Part shown: in pieces, positions 8,058-16,759 of the stretch
How the letters are laid out: each line of letters starts with the position of its first letter
Position numbering within the stretch: the stretch's first letter is position 1
IMG/VR virus record: IMGVR_UViG_3300007276_000008
Location: 1 to 52,228 of that record
DNA: 52,228 bases
Reading direction: 5' to 3' (one strand)
Source: a virus
Lineage: Duplodnaviria > Caudoviricetes
Made by a program: the position numbers and the translations under genes
The notes under the pieces: generated by a model
What the model was told of the DNA's origin: nothing
What the model saw: the letters and a program-made list of their open reading frames with translations, nothing else
Databases searched by the model: none

Positions 8058-9557
8058 TTGGAACAGGATAAAATTATAAACTTCCAACCTCAAAAGGGTT
8101 ACCAATTAAGCGCTTTAAGCAGCTCTGCCGATATTGTAATTGGCGGAGGTGCTGCAGGCGTAGGCAAAACCTTTACACTATTATACGAATACCTTAGGAA
8201 TAAGGACGTTAACAATTTTGGTGCAGTTATATTTAGACGCACCTCTCCACAAATAAGGGCTCAGGGAGGGCTATGGGACGCGTCAACGGAGTTATATAGT
8301 TATGTTTTAGATGCTGAACCTAAGCAAACAACGCTGGAGTGGAATTTTGGTGATACGTCAAAGCTAAAATTTAGCCACTTGGAATATGAAAAAAACATAT
8401 ATGACTGGCAGGGTTCTGAAATACCGTTTATTGGCTTTGATGAATTAACGCACTTTTCACAAAAAATGTTTTTTTATATGCTAACAAGGAATAGGTCTAC
8501 TTGTGGTGTAAAACCTTATATAAGGGCTACCTGCAACCCTGACCCTGATAGTTGGGTATCTGAACTAATTGAATGGTGGATAGGCGAAGACGGCTTTCCT
8601 ATACCCGAACGCGAGGGCGTGCTGCGATACTTTGCAAAGGACGGTGACACATTTATTTGGGGCGATACGGAACAGGAATGCGTTGACAAGGCATGGTATT
8701 TTTTAAAGCCATTAGTGGAGCGCAGCAACATTGACCCAAAACACTTTGTAAAATCACTTACATTTATTGGTGGTGATATTTATGACAACAAGGCACTGCT
8801 AGACACCAACCCTGATTACCTAGCAAATTTAGCATCACAGGATGAACAAACCAGGTTGCAGCTATTAGAAGGAAATTGGAAAGTAGCATTAAACCCACAG
8901 GACGTTTATCCATACCTTGCGTTTAAGGACTTTTTTACTAACAAGTGGGTTCCTACAGGACTAAAATGTATTTCAGTAGATGTGGCTATGTCAGGTGCCG
9001 ACAAATTGATTATAATGTACTTTGACGGCAAGCGCTTGGAGGATATTGCAGTAATACCAAAGTCAAGTGGAAAAGACGTGCTGGACCAAATACAGTTAAT
9101 GCAAAACAAATATGGTGTACCTAATAGCAAAGTGACGTATGATGCAAATGGAGTAGGTGCATTTATAGGAGGGCAGGACAATGCATTTATACCTGGCTCA
9201 GAAGCATTTTTTAATAATGGGCGCATGAACTTTCAAGCTAATGACCCTAGGAAGTTTAAAAATTTAAAGGCGCAGTGCTATTTCTTAGATGGCGAGGACG
9301 AGGAACAATACATTTCTGAAAAAGTTGCAAACACCATGTATGACAATAAAATGACAGTTAGGCAAAGGTTTTTATTTGAGCGTAAAGCAATAAAGAAAAA
9401 AGCATTAATTGACGAGGAGCCGCTGCAAACAATTAAAAAAGATGAAATGAAAGAGAAGTGGTTAAGTGGCGACAGTCCAGATTTAATGGACGCGTATATG
9501 CAAAAGCGCCTATTTTACTTGGATAGGTACGAAAGTTTAGACGTTGATTGGAATTAA
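8058..9557 (+). CDS. terL: Terminase large subunit
   Basis: Walker A GGAAGVGKT, Walker B FIGFDE, coupling motif ATCNP, RNase H-like nuclease (SVDVA..YDANGVG..SPDLMDA); TTG start. Confidence 0.93.
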   Translation: MEQDKIINFQPQKGYQLSALSSSADIVIGGGAAGVGKTFTLLYEYLRNKDVNNFGAVIFRRTSPQIRAQGGLWDASTELYSYVLDAEPKQTTLEWNFGDTSKLKFSHLEYEKNIYDWQGSEIPFIGFDELTHFSQKMFFYMLTRNRSTCGVKPYIRATCNPDPDSWVSELIEWWIGEDGFPIPEREGVLRYFAKDGDTFIWGDTEQECVDKAWYFLKPLVERSNIDPKHFVKSLTFIGGDIYDNKALLDTNPDYLANLASQDEQTRLQLLEGNWKVALNPQDVYPYLAFKDFFTNKWVPTGLKCISVDVAMSGADKLIIMYFDGKRLEDIAVIPKSSGKDVLDQIQLMQNKYGVPNSKVTYDANGVGAFIGGQDNAFIPGSEAFFNNGRMNFQANDPRKFKNLKAQCYFLDGEDEEQYISEKVANTMYDNKMTVRQRFLFERKAIKKKALIDEEPLQTIKKDEMKEKWLSGDSPDLMDAYMQKRLFYLDRYESLDVDWN

Positions 9558-9580
9558 TTTTGAAGTTTTTTTGAATATTG

Positions 9581-9612
9581 TTTGGTAGTATTAAAATAAA
9601 CTGTATCTTTAC
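9581..9612 (+). promoter_or_regulatory. Repeated cassette promoter
   Basis: TTTGGTAGTATTAAAATAA..TATCTTTAC. Confidence 0.75.
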
Positions 9613-9640
9613 AGTGTTAAACAATATAAAACATCACAAA

Positions 9641-9907
9641 ATGAATTACTTTATCACATTAGGAAAAAACGCAAAGCAAAACGAAGCAGGACAAATAATC
9701 CAAGTGCCACAAGTGTTAAAAGCATTTACCAGTAAGTGGGAAAGAGAAGTTGGAGAAACAATTAATTATGAAGGAGAGCGTTGGTTAGTAATGGCAACGG
9801 AATTTGACACAAAGCAAGAGGCTCAAAATTGGGTAACTGAAACTGCAAATTTATACGTGCAAAAAAATTACTGGAATGCGTCAACAAAAATAAAAGCAAA
9901 TTTTTAA
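9641..9907 (+). CDS. Hypothetical protein (start 9641 rather than 9578)
   Basis: ACATCACAAAATG start lies downstream of the promoter. Confidence 0.7.
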   Translation: MNYFITLGKNAKQNEAGQIIQVPQVLKAFTSKWEREVGETINYEGERWLVMATEFDTKQEAQNWVTETANLYVQKNYWNASTKIKANF

Positions 9908-9919
9908 AACATCACAATT

Positions 9920-10216
9920 ATGAAAACTTTCAAAATCACATTAGACACCAAAAGGTATTACGATTCAATTGAAGCTGCTACATTTTCCATAGTGAATCCA
10001 AACGGAGGAGAAGTTACAATTAGCAAAATTAGAAAAAACAGATTTCCAAGCAAGCACCAAATATTATTGCACAGGATATTTGACAATGCAAGCAAAAAAA
10101 TAGAAAACGCTATTACACGCGAAGAAGGACTTATGATTGTTGAAATGGGCAAAATGAGTACTATGAACCCAACTAAGTTTTACAAGTTTTATTCAGAACA
10201 AAAAGTGTGGATATAA
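9920..10216 (+). CDS. Hypothetical protein
   Basis: ACATCACAATTATG start context. Confidence 0.7.
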   Translation: MKTFKITLDTKRYYDSIEAATFSIVNPNGGEVTISKIRKNRFPSKHQILLHRIFDNASKKIENAITREEGLMIVEMGKMSTMNPTKFYKFYSEQKVWI

Positions 10217-10248
10217 TTAGGTCGCATTAAAATAAATGTTATCTTTAC
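10217..10248 (+). promoter_or_regulatory. Promoter variant upstream of the folE operon
   Basis: TTAGG..ATTAAAATAA..TATCTTTAC with the same spacing as the repeated promoter. Confidence 0.55.
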
Positions 10249-10298
10249 AAAGTAATAATAAAAACATCAGCAGTTTGAAGCATTTCAAAAAAATATAT

Positions 10299-10348
10299 AA
10301 GGCAGTGGATTATAAAGGTTGTGATGTACCTTTGTTTGAAGCTGCCTT
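10299..10348 (+). ncRNA. Structured leader or candidate antisense RNA
   Basis: Outer stem AAGGCAGT/GCTGCCTT, inner stem ATAAAGGT/ACCTTTGT, loop TGTGATGT complementary to ACATCACA. Confidence 0.4.
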
Positions 10349-10372
10349 TCTTCATTTAAACCAAATAAAAAT

Positions 10373-10921
10373 ATGAGCAAAAACGACAAGCAAGTAGCAG
10401 AATATCACATGCGTGAATTCTTAACTGCAATGGGTCAGGACGTGACGCGTGAAGGGTTGCAGGAAACACCTAAAAGGTACGTCAAGTTTATGGAGGAGTT
10501 TTTAAGCCCTCCTAAGTTTAATTTCACAACGTTTGACAGCGAGGGTTATGATGAAATGGTATTAGTAAACAATATACCTTTCTTCTCGTTCTGCGAGCAC
10601 CATATAGCACCGTTTTTTGGTGTTGGTCATATTGCATATATTCCGGACAAAAAAATAGTAGGTATTAGCAAGTTACCAAGGACATTGGATATGTTTTCGC
10701 AGCAGCTACAAAACCAGGAAAGGATTACCGAACAAGTTGCAGCAAAAATAATGGAGGAATTAAACCCACGAGGCGTTGCCGTAGTGCTAAAAGCGCGTCA
10801 CATGTGTATGGAGATGCGAGGTGTAAAAAAACATGACACATGGACTACGACAAGCAAAATGGTAGGTGCTTTCAAAGAGGACTTAATTTGCAGGAATGAA
10901 TTTTTAAATTTAATCAAATGA
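10373..10921 (+). CDS. folE: GTP cyclohydrolase I
   Basis: ETPKR, FSFCEHHIAPF, GISKLPR, QERIT and HMCMEMRGV motifs. Confidence 0.97.
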   Translation: MSKNDKQVAEYHMREFLTAMGQDVTREGLQETPKRYVKFMEEFLSPPKFNFTTFDSEGYDEMVLVNNIPFFSFCEHHIAPFFGVGHIAYIPDKKIVGISKLPRTLDMFSQQLQNQERITEQVAAKIMEELNPRGVAVVLKARHMCMEMRGVKKHDTWTTTSKMVGAFKEDLICRNEFLNLIK

Positions 10922-11259
10922 AAATGAATATAGTTGTTAAATTAGAATTAGAGGGTTTGCACCATTGGCCAAATTGTCCATTGCCTGAAGTTGCATATTT
11001 AAAGGATTTGCATAGGCATATTTTCCACATAGTTGCCAAAAAGGAAGTAATGCATTCTGACAGAGATGTGGAAATTATAATGTTTAAAAAACTACTAAAA
11101 GTATATTTGGTAAAACAATATTGGGATACGGATTATAAGTGCTGCAATTTTAGAACATTAAGTTGTGAAGCTATTGCGGAGGAATTATTAACAACATTTA
11201 AACTAACCTTTTGCAGCGTTTTAGAGGATAACGAAAACGGTGCTGAAATAACAAACTAA
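10918..11259 (+). CDS. dpdL: QueD-like T-fold protein, DpdL-like (proposed CDG decarboxylase)
   Basis: EGLHHW..LKDLHRHIF fits the LxxxHRHxF signature I recall for DpdL; C-terminal SCEAIAE..EDNENG; coupled to folE. Confidence 0.7.
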   Translation: MKMNIVVKLELEGLHHWPNCPLPEVAYLKDLHRHIFHIVAKKEVMHSDRDVEIIMFKKLLKVYLVKQYWDTDYKCCNFRTLSCEAIAEELLTTFKLTFCSVLEDNENGAEITN

Positions 11260-11260
11260 C

Positions 11261-12271
11261 ATGACAGACGATATCAAAAAGCAAATTGATGACATAGCTT
11301 TAAACTTGCCAGAATTTGCGTTTAAAAAAATTGACCAACATTTGCTGCTTGAAGAAATCACATCAGGCAAAAACATTAAAACAGCAAAGCTACCTAGGAT
11401 ATACCAAATGGAAACCACGTCACGCTGTAATTTAGCCTGCCCGTTTTGTCCACGCACTACGGATTTGGTTGCAAACGGAGTAAGGGATTTAAAATCCACT
11501 ATGCCATTTGAGGACTTTGTAAAAGTGTTGGATAAGATGCCTTGGTTAAAGTCACTTGAACTGTTTCACTTTGGTGAACCTTTTATGCAAAAGGATTTTG
11601 AAAGGTACGTGCAGGAATGTACTGACAGAGGTATTTATACAGTTGTAGCAAGTAATTTATTACCGGCAACTCCAGCAAAAATAGACAAGGTTTTTGCAGC
11701 AGGATTAGACTTTTTAGTAATGGACGTTGACAGCTTAGACCCTGAGAAATACGCATCAATGCGCGTAAACGGTAAGTTGGAGAGGCTGCAACCTATTGTA
11801 GAATACATTTTAAACCACCCTGAGCGCCCTTATACAGTTGCGCAAACTATTAACATAGACGGTGTAAAAGAATACACTGAAGAGGAGTTTTTGAAGTGGA
11901 GTAATGGTGCAATGCCAGATGAAATACGATATAAATTCCTGGACAGTTTTAGAGGTGAGATAGCACCTGAAAAAGGTACACTAGGACCTGATGATGTTTG
12001 CAAGGAAGCATTTTACGGATTTACAGTGCATGTAAACGGAAACGTCGTAGTTTGTGACAGGGATTGGGGGGGTGAGAATGTGATGGGTAATATATTTGAG
12101 CAAACAGTTGACGAGATATGGTGGGGAGATAAGTTTCAGGAGTTTAGGCGCCAAATGTTATCTGACGAGAAACCTGACATGTGTAAAAAGTGTCCGGAGG
12201 GTCGTTTGTTTAATGCGCGCAGCCAGGACCACATACAGGTAAACATGTTTAAAGGATTAGAAGTTGAATAA
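11261..12271 (+). CDS. Radical SAM enzyme with SPASM/twitch domain
   Basis: CNLACPFC (CxxxCxxC), FGEP, and C-terminal C..GNVVVC..GNIFEQTVDEIW..CKKC. Confidence 0.92.
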   Translation: MTDDIKKQIDDIALNLPEFAFKKIDQHLLLEEITSGKNIKTAKLPRIYQMETTSRCNLACPFCPRTTDLVANGVRDLKSTMPFEDFVKVLDKMPWLKSLELFHFGEPFMQKDFERYVQECTDRGIYTVVASNLLPATPAKIDKVFAAGLDFLVMDVDSLDPEKYASMRVNGKLERLQPIVEYILNHPERPYTVAQTINIDGVKEYTEEEFLKWSNGAMPDEIRYKFLDSFRGEIAPEKGTLGPDDVCKEAFYGFTVHVNGNVVVCDRDWGGENVMGNIFEQTVDEIWWGDKFQEFRRQMLSDEKPDMCKKCPEGRLFNARSQDHIQVNMFKGLEVE

Positions 12272-12287
12272 ATAAAAACCAAACCAA

Positions 12288-13289
12288 ATGAAAATATTTT
12301 ATATTGCACTTGAAAACATTGAACAGCGTTATACACCAATGATGAATAATGCGCTGTATGATTTAGTTGACAAAGTAATTTACCCGGAATTTAATTATCC
12401 TGAGGTAATTGAAACGGGACAATTTTTAGACGTAAACAAAACCATAATTTTTAAGTCCTTGCAGTTGCATGATATTGCTCAACTGTTTTACAAAAACGAG
12501 GTTGAAAGTGGTGATGTCTTTTTAGTAGGTGACATATTTTTTCCTGGCATTGAATCCATAAAGTATATGTCTGAACTACAAAATTTAGACGTAAAAATTT
12601 ATGCATTTAATTACGCAGGCAGGAGTGACAAAACTGACTTTGTTCGCAAGCTAGGCAAGTGGGCTGATTATAGTGAACAAGGTTACCACGAGATATGTGA
12701 CCGTATATTTGTTGGCAGCGAATTCCACAAACAAAATGTAGTTAGCTACTTTAATATTGACCCTAACAAAGTAATGGTTACCGGTTATATATGGGATAGG
12801 AGTTTTGTTGCAAGTATTTACAACGTCAAAACGCCTACGGGTGACCAAGTTATATGGCCACACCGTTTGAGCAAGGAGAAGGGCTTAAATGACTTAATAT
12901 CCTATGCAGTTTTAAACCCTAAGCAAAAAATAGTTGTAACAAGCTGCGGCAATAAGGTTGACATGCGTTTACCTGACAACGTTGAATACAAATATAATTT
13001 GACAAAAGCTGAATATTATGAAGAATTAGCATGGTCCAAATATTACCTAAGTACTGCATACCAGGAAACGTTCGGATACACTTTGCAAGAGGCAATACAT
13101 TTTGGTTGCGAAATTGCAGTACCAAACAGGGCATGCTATCCTGAAATGGTACCAAGTGAATGTTTATACGACAAAATTGAGGACGTTAAATTTCACAAAG
13201 TGCCAAAATACCACACTGAAAAGTGGAACAATAATGCAAAAAATATATTAACCATAATCACTAAAGATGCATATAATAGTCGCAGGTAG
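12288..13289 (+). CDS. Glycosyltransferase, GT-B fold (GT4-like)
   Basis: HRLSKEKG and ETFGYTLQEA (E-x7-E)..YPE motifs. Confidence 0.88.
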   Translation: MKIFYIALENIEQRYTPMMNNALYDLVDKVIYPEFNYPEVIETGQFLDVNKTIIFKSLQLHDIAQLFYKNEVESGDVFLVGDIFFPGIESIKYMSELQNLDVKIYAFNYAGRSDKTDFVRKLGKWADYSEQGYHEICDRIFVGSEFHKQNVVSYFNIDPNKVMVTGYIWDRSFVASIYNVKTPTGDQVIWPHRLSKEKGLNDLISYAVLNPKQKIVVTSCGNKVDMRLPDNVEYKYNLTKAEYYEELAWSKYYLSTAYQETFGYTLQEAIHFGCEIAVPNRACYPEMVPSECLYDKIEDVKFHKVPKYHTEKWNNNAKNILTIITKDAYNSRR

Positions 13290-14064
13290 TAACACAAATA
13301 ATTCAGCCGGAATGTGTAAGGAGTTAGGGCTGTTTAAATTACATAGTATTTTAAATGAGAAAAAGGATATTGAGAATTGGGACGACAAGCACTTTTTAAT
13401 GGTTGACAGCGGTGCTCATAGTTGGAATAAGGCTCACATGCACCACGTTGGAATGAAGGGTAAAACAAAGCTACCTGACCCTAAAGTGTTTTTGGAAACT
13501 TACATTAAATTTATTAAAAAGCACGCGCACAAAAAATTGGTGTTTGTGGAGTTTGATGTGTATGGCAATTTACCGTATGATTATATCACTGCAAAGTATA
13601 ATGAAATAAAAGCAATACCTGGCAACTTTAAAATAATGCGCGTGTACCACCAAATGCTTGACGGAGGGTCATTACGCGTGTTAAAGGAGTGGATAAATGA
13701 GGGGCAGGATTATATAGGAGTAGGTGCTGATTGCGCGCCAATATTTGATGACGTGTTCGCACTTACAAAAGATAAAGTAAAACTCCACGGATTTGCAATG
13801 ACAAAGCTACCTTATATTACCAAATATCCGTTTTGGAGTGTTGACAGCACCTCGCCTTTAAGCACTGTAATTTTTGGTAGGTACAGCAAACCGGTATTTA
13901 ACTTTAAAGGGCGCGTTGACGTGCATAAAGAAAAGTCAATTGAATGCTTTCACGAGGATACGGAAAGGCTTAGGAACGCACTAATTGAAACAAAAGAAAC
14001 TGAAGATTATATAACAGCATTATGGAAAAAACGACAAGTAATATGGGAAGAATTGAAGTATTAG
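13267..14064 (+). CDS. dpdA: DNA 7-deazaguanine transglycosylase (DpdA/TGT-like)
   Basis: LMVDSGAHS, EFDV, RVYH, YIGVG, KLHGFAMT and SVDSTS motifs of the TGT-like barrel; clustered with folE/queD/queE. Confidence 0.85.
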   Translation: MHIIVAGSNTNNSAGMCKELGLFKLHSILNEKKDIENWDDKHFLMVDSGAHSWNKAHMHHVGMKGKTKLPDPKVFLETYIKFIKKHAHKKLVFVEFDVYGNLPYDYITAKYNEIKAIPGNFKIMRVYHQMLDGGSLRVLKEWINEGQDYIGVGADCAPIFDDVFALTKDKVKLHGFAMTKLPYITKYPFWSVDSTSPLSTVIFGRYSKPVFNFKGRVDVHKEKSIECFHEDTERLRNALIETKETEDYITALWKKRQVIWEELKY

Positions 14065-14534
14065 ACATCAACAGCATTAAGTCAGCAGGCTTTAATGTAA
14101 AAAACAAAATTGGCGAACACTTACAAAGCAAGCATGTCAGTTTAATTAAGCAGCATGGCCAAATTAAATTAATTGTGGTTGCACATGTTGAAGGCAATAC
14201 AGTTGTAATAGACGGTGACAAGTATTTAGAAACGTGTAAGGAAGCAGGGTTGTCAAGCGTAAATTGCAAGTCCTTAGGGCATATCACACCTGAAGCTGCA
14301 ATTATATATAGGTTGTTTTTAAACTACCACGAGCAGCGCTTAGACTACATAGGCGTCGCTGAAGCCATGCAGCCATTAAAAGGAAATAAAACGGATAGTG
14401 AACGCATAAGTATACGCACAGGCATACCGTTTAAGGATATTGAAAGGTTTTGTGACTTAATTGATTTTGATTGGAGCCAATACCTAAAGCTAGACGACAA
14501 CAATGCACAAATAGACATGTTCCAAGGTTTATAA
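14043..14534 (+). CDS. ParB/Srx-like N-terminal domain protein, degenerate (track start 14022)
   Basis: SLIKQHGQIKLIVV..VVIDGDKY resembles the ParB-N fold without the GxxR arginine; possible HTH at the C-terminus. Confidence 0.6.
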   Translation: MGRIEVLDINSIKSAGFNVKNKIGEHLQSKHVSLIKQHGQIKLIVVAHVEGNTVVIDGDKYLETCKEAGLSSVNCKSLGHITPEAAIIYRLFLNYHEQRLDYIGVAEAMQPLKGNKTDSERISIRTGIPFKDIERFCDLIDFDWSQYLKLDDNNAQIDMFQGL

Positions 14535-14561
14535 TTTTTTTTGAAGTTTTTTTGTTTTATG

Positions 14562-14593
14562 TTTGGCAGTATTAAAATATTGTATATCTTTAC
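14562..14593 (+). promoter_or_regulatory. Repeated cassette promoter
   Basis: TTTGGCAGTATTAAAATA..TATCTTTAC. Confidence 0.75.
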
Positions 14594-14628
14594 AGTGTAA
14601 TAATAAATTAACTTAAAATTAAAACATC

Positions 14629-14778
14629 ATGAAAAATTTAACAGCAGACGATTTAAAAAGATTATGGTTATTAGCTGATACCAGAGCAGAAGAATGCAAT
14701 GAGGGCAGCAAAACAAAAAAAATATACTCAGAATTATCTGACAAAGTTTGGAACGAATTACAACTAAAAAACAAATAA
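14629..14778 (+). CDS. Hypothetical protein, 49 aa (not in ORF track)
   Basis: MKNLTADDLKRLW..; AAAACATCATG start. Confidence 0.65.
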   Translation: MKNLTADDLKRLWLLADTRAEECNEGSKTKKIYSELSDKVWNELQLKNK

Positions 14779-14783
14779 ACATC

Positions 14784-14966
14784 ATGAACACGACAAGCAA
14801 ATTATTAGAAAAATTATTCGGTCAAGGAAAAAACGCATTTCACAACATGAAAAAATTAGGTGTTAAATCCTATGCTGTTGACAATAACGGTCAAGCCCGA
14901 TTATTTATGTTAAACGGTAAAACAGTTTTTGCAAATACCGTTAATGGTGAATTAAAACGAAACTAA
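14784..14966 (+). CDS. Hypothetical protein (start 14784 rather than 14748)
   Basis: AAACATCATG start context. Confidence 0.65.
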   Translation: MNTTSKLLEKLFGQGKNAFHNMKKLGVKSYAVDNNGQARLFMLNGKTVFANTVNGELKRN

Positions 14967-14975
14967 ACTAACAAC

Positions 14976-14997
14976 GGGCCGCTTCTGGTGGCCCTTT
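14976..14997 (+). terminator. Hairpin/possible terminator
   Basis: GGGCCGC-TTCTG-GTGGCCC-TTT. Confidence 0.5.
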
Positions 14998-15031
14998 AAA
15001 ACTTCTTATTAACTTTCTAAATTCAAATTAA

Positions 15032-15250
15032 ATGAAAAAACTATTAGCAGTATTAATCCTATTACCAACCTTATTAGGTTGCAGCATTTTAAAATCAATT
15101 AACTATGTAACCGTTTGCGCTGAACCGGGTACTATTGTTGAAATATCTAGATACGGTAAGTATAAGGCAAACAACAAAGCAGTGACAAAAAAAGTGGCTG
15201 ATAGTTTATGTTTAAATATTGCATTTAAGCAATACAAAAACAGACAGTAA
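15032..15250 (+). CDS. Small lipoprotein
   Basis: MKKLLAVLILLPTLLG-C lipobox. Confidence 0.65.
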   Translation: MKKLLAVLILLPTLLGCSILKSINYVTVCAEPGTIVEISRYGKYKANNKAVTKKVADSLCLNIAFKQYKNRQ

Positions 15251-15747
15251 TGGCATTCAAAAGCAGCAAATTATTCAGCGGGTATTCCGTAGCATTAAGG
15301 CAACATAAGGCACAGCATAGCCACTGCCAATTATTGCACGGATACGCGCTTGAATTTTACATTGAATTTGAACCAATACCAAAATTTGAAAAAAACGCAT
15401 CTGAACCGTCTGGTTGGGAAGAGATGCCAGGTGAATTAGACGAAATGAATTGGGTAGTTGATTTTGGAGGTTTTAAGCGTAATGGCTTAAAGGAGTGGAT
15501 GGACAGCATGTTTGACCATACTGTTTTAATTGAGAAAGATGACCCTTATTTGGACTACTTTTTAGGAATGAATGGTGAGGGTATTGCAAAAGTAATTCCG
15601 TTGGATATGATGGGCGCTGAAGCACTTGCAAAACTTGTCTACGATAAATTTAATGACGTATTAAGTAAAACAGATGGCGGGCGCTGTCGTGTTATTAAAG
15701 TTGAATGCCGCGAAAACAAAAATAATAAAGGAATTTATACAAGATGA
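15250..15747 (+). CDS. queD: 6-carboxy-5,6,7,8-tetrahydropterin synthase
   Basis: HCQLLHGY (CxxxHG), VVDFG, FDHTVL and GAEALA motifs. Confidence 0.92.
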   Translation: MAFKSSKLFSGYSVALRQHKAQHSHCQLLHGYALEFYIEFEPIPKFEKNASEPSGWEEMPGELDEMNWVVDFGGFKRNGLKEWMDSMFDHTVLIEKDDPYLDYFLGMNGEGIAKVIPLDMMGAEALAKLVYDKFNDVLSKTDGGRCRVIKVECRENKNNKGIYTR

Positions 15748-16004
15748 AAACACTAAAAGCACCAAACGAGGTGATATTGTCAATTTGGGAAACTGAACTC
15801 AAATTAAGGAATAAAAACAACGAAATCCAATGCGTGGTTAATGTAGGTACTACAATTGACGTTGGTGACGTTATTATAGGAGGTATGATGGACGGAGGTG
15901 TTAGTACTTACGAAGTTTTAGAAATAGTGGAAACGCGTCCTGCTGCATTAAGTAACAAAACACTTTACAAACTAAAAACCCATTGGGCTAAAAAAGCAAA
16001 CTAA
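15744..16004 (+). CDS. Hypothetical protein between queD and queE
   Basis: Translationally coupled on both sides. Confidence 0.65.
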   Translation: MKTLKAPNEVILSIWETELKLRNKNNEIQCVVNVGTTIDVGDVIIGGMMDGGVSTYEVLEIVETRPAALSNKTLYKLKTHWAKKAN

Positions 16005-16699
16005 TGAAGCAGCAATTAATAGTCGCAGAAAAGTTTTACAGTATACAAGGCGAGGGCGTTACCTCAGGAATTCCTGCTGTATTTTTACGCCTAAGCGCGT
16101 GTAATTTATTATGCAAATCAGAGCATTGGATATGTGATTCGATAGCAAGCTGGCAGCCTAAGGGTACAAAAACGCCTTATGACGAGGTATTAACCGGTGA
16201 GCTTTTGGAGCAGCTACAAAAAGGCGCGCACTTAGTTATCACAGGAGGTGAACCTTTATTGCAACAAAAGCATATTGTGAAATACATAACTTGGTTTTTA
16301 GTTAAACATGGATTTAAACCAATTATTGAAATTGAAACCAATGGTACGCTGCTACCAAACGAGCATTTAATAGGATACGTGGATTATTGGAATTGCTCGC
16401 CTAAATTAGCAAACAGTGGTGAAACGCATAAAAGGCGCGTGAACAAAATTGCTATACGGGAACTAAACAAGCATAACACCATATTCAAGTTTGTTATAAC
16501 TGAAAAAACTGACTTTCTTAATATTTTACAGGACTATGACATTATTGATATGAAAAAATTAGTGCTGATGCCTGGTGGAGATACGCGTTTTAAGTTAGCA
16601 AAAACCAGACCAATTGTAGCTGAACTATGTAAGGAAATGGGACTCCGTTACAGTGACAGGTTGCAAGTTGTAATATGGAATGAATCTTTAGGAGTATAA
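16004..16699 (+). CDS. queE: 7-carboxy-7-deazaguanine synthase (radical SAM)
   Basis: FYSIQGEG, FLRLSACNLLC..CDS (Cx3Cx6C variant), ITGGEPL, IETNGT and SPK motifs. Confidence 0.95.
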   Translation: MKQQLIVAEKFYSIQGEGVTSGIPAVFLRLSACNLLCKSEHWICDSIASWQPKGTKTPYDEVLTGELLEQLQKGAHLVITGGEPLLQQKHIVKYITWFLVKHGFKPIIEIETNGTLLPNEHLIGYVDYWNCSPKLANSGETHKRRVNKIAIRELNKHNTIFKFVITEKTDFLNILQDYDIIDMKKLVLMPGGDTRFKLAKTRPIVAELCKEMGLRYSDRLQVVIWNESLGV

Positions 16700-16732
16700 T
16701 TTGGCGCATGTTTATAAAAGCGTTATATTTAC
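16700..16732 (+). promoter_or_regulatory. Promoter of the recombination operon
   Basis: TTTGG..TATATTTAC with matching spacing. Confidence 0.65.
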
Positions 16733-16759
16733 ATTGTAATAATAAAAACCAATAGTTAT

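Noticed and set aside
9578-9640. N-terminal extension of the 9578 ORF (and similarly the ORF at 25051-25248)
   Set aside because: These frames translate the repeated promoter itself (FGSIKI..IFTVL); the real starts lie downstream at the ACATCA motif.
10250-10372. preQ1 riboswitch upstream of folE
   Set aside because: I could not find the preQ1-I stem/loop with an A-rich tail consensus; the hairpin has a different architecture.
13267-14064. tRNA-guanine transglycosylase for queuosine tRNA modification
   Set aside because: Short, lacks the Zn-binding CxCxxC region of bacterial Tgt, and sits in a phage folE/queD/queE context typical of DNA-acting DpdA.
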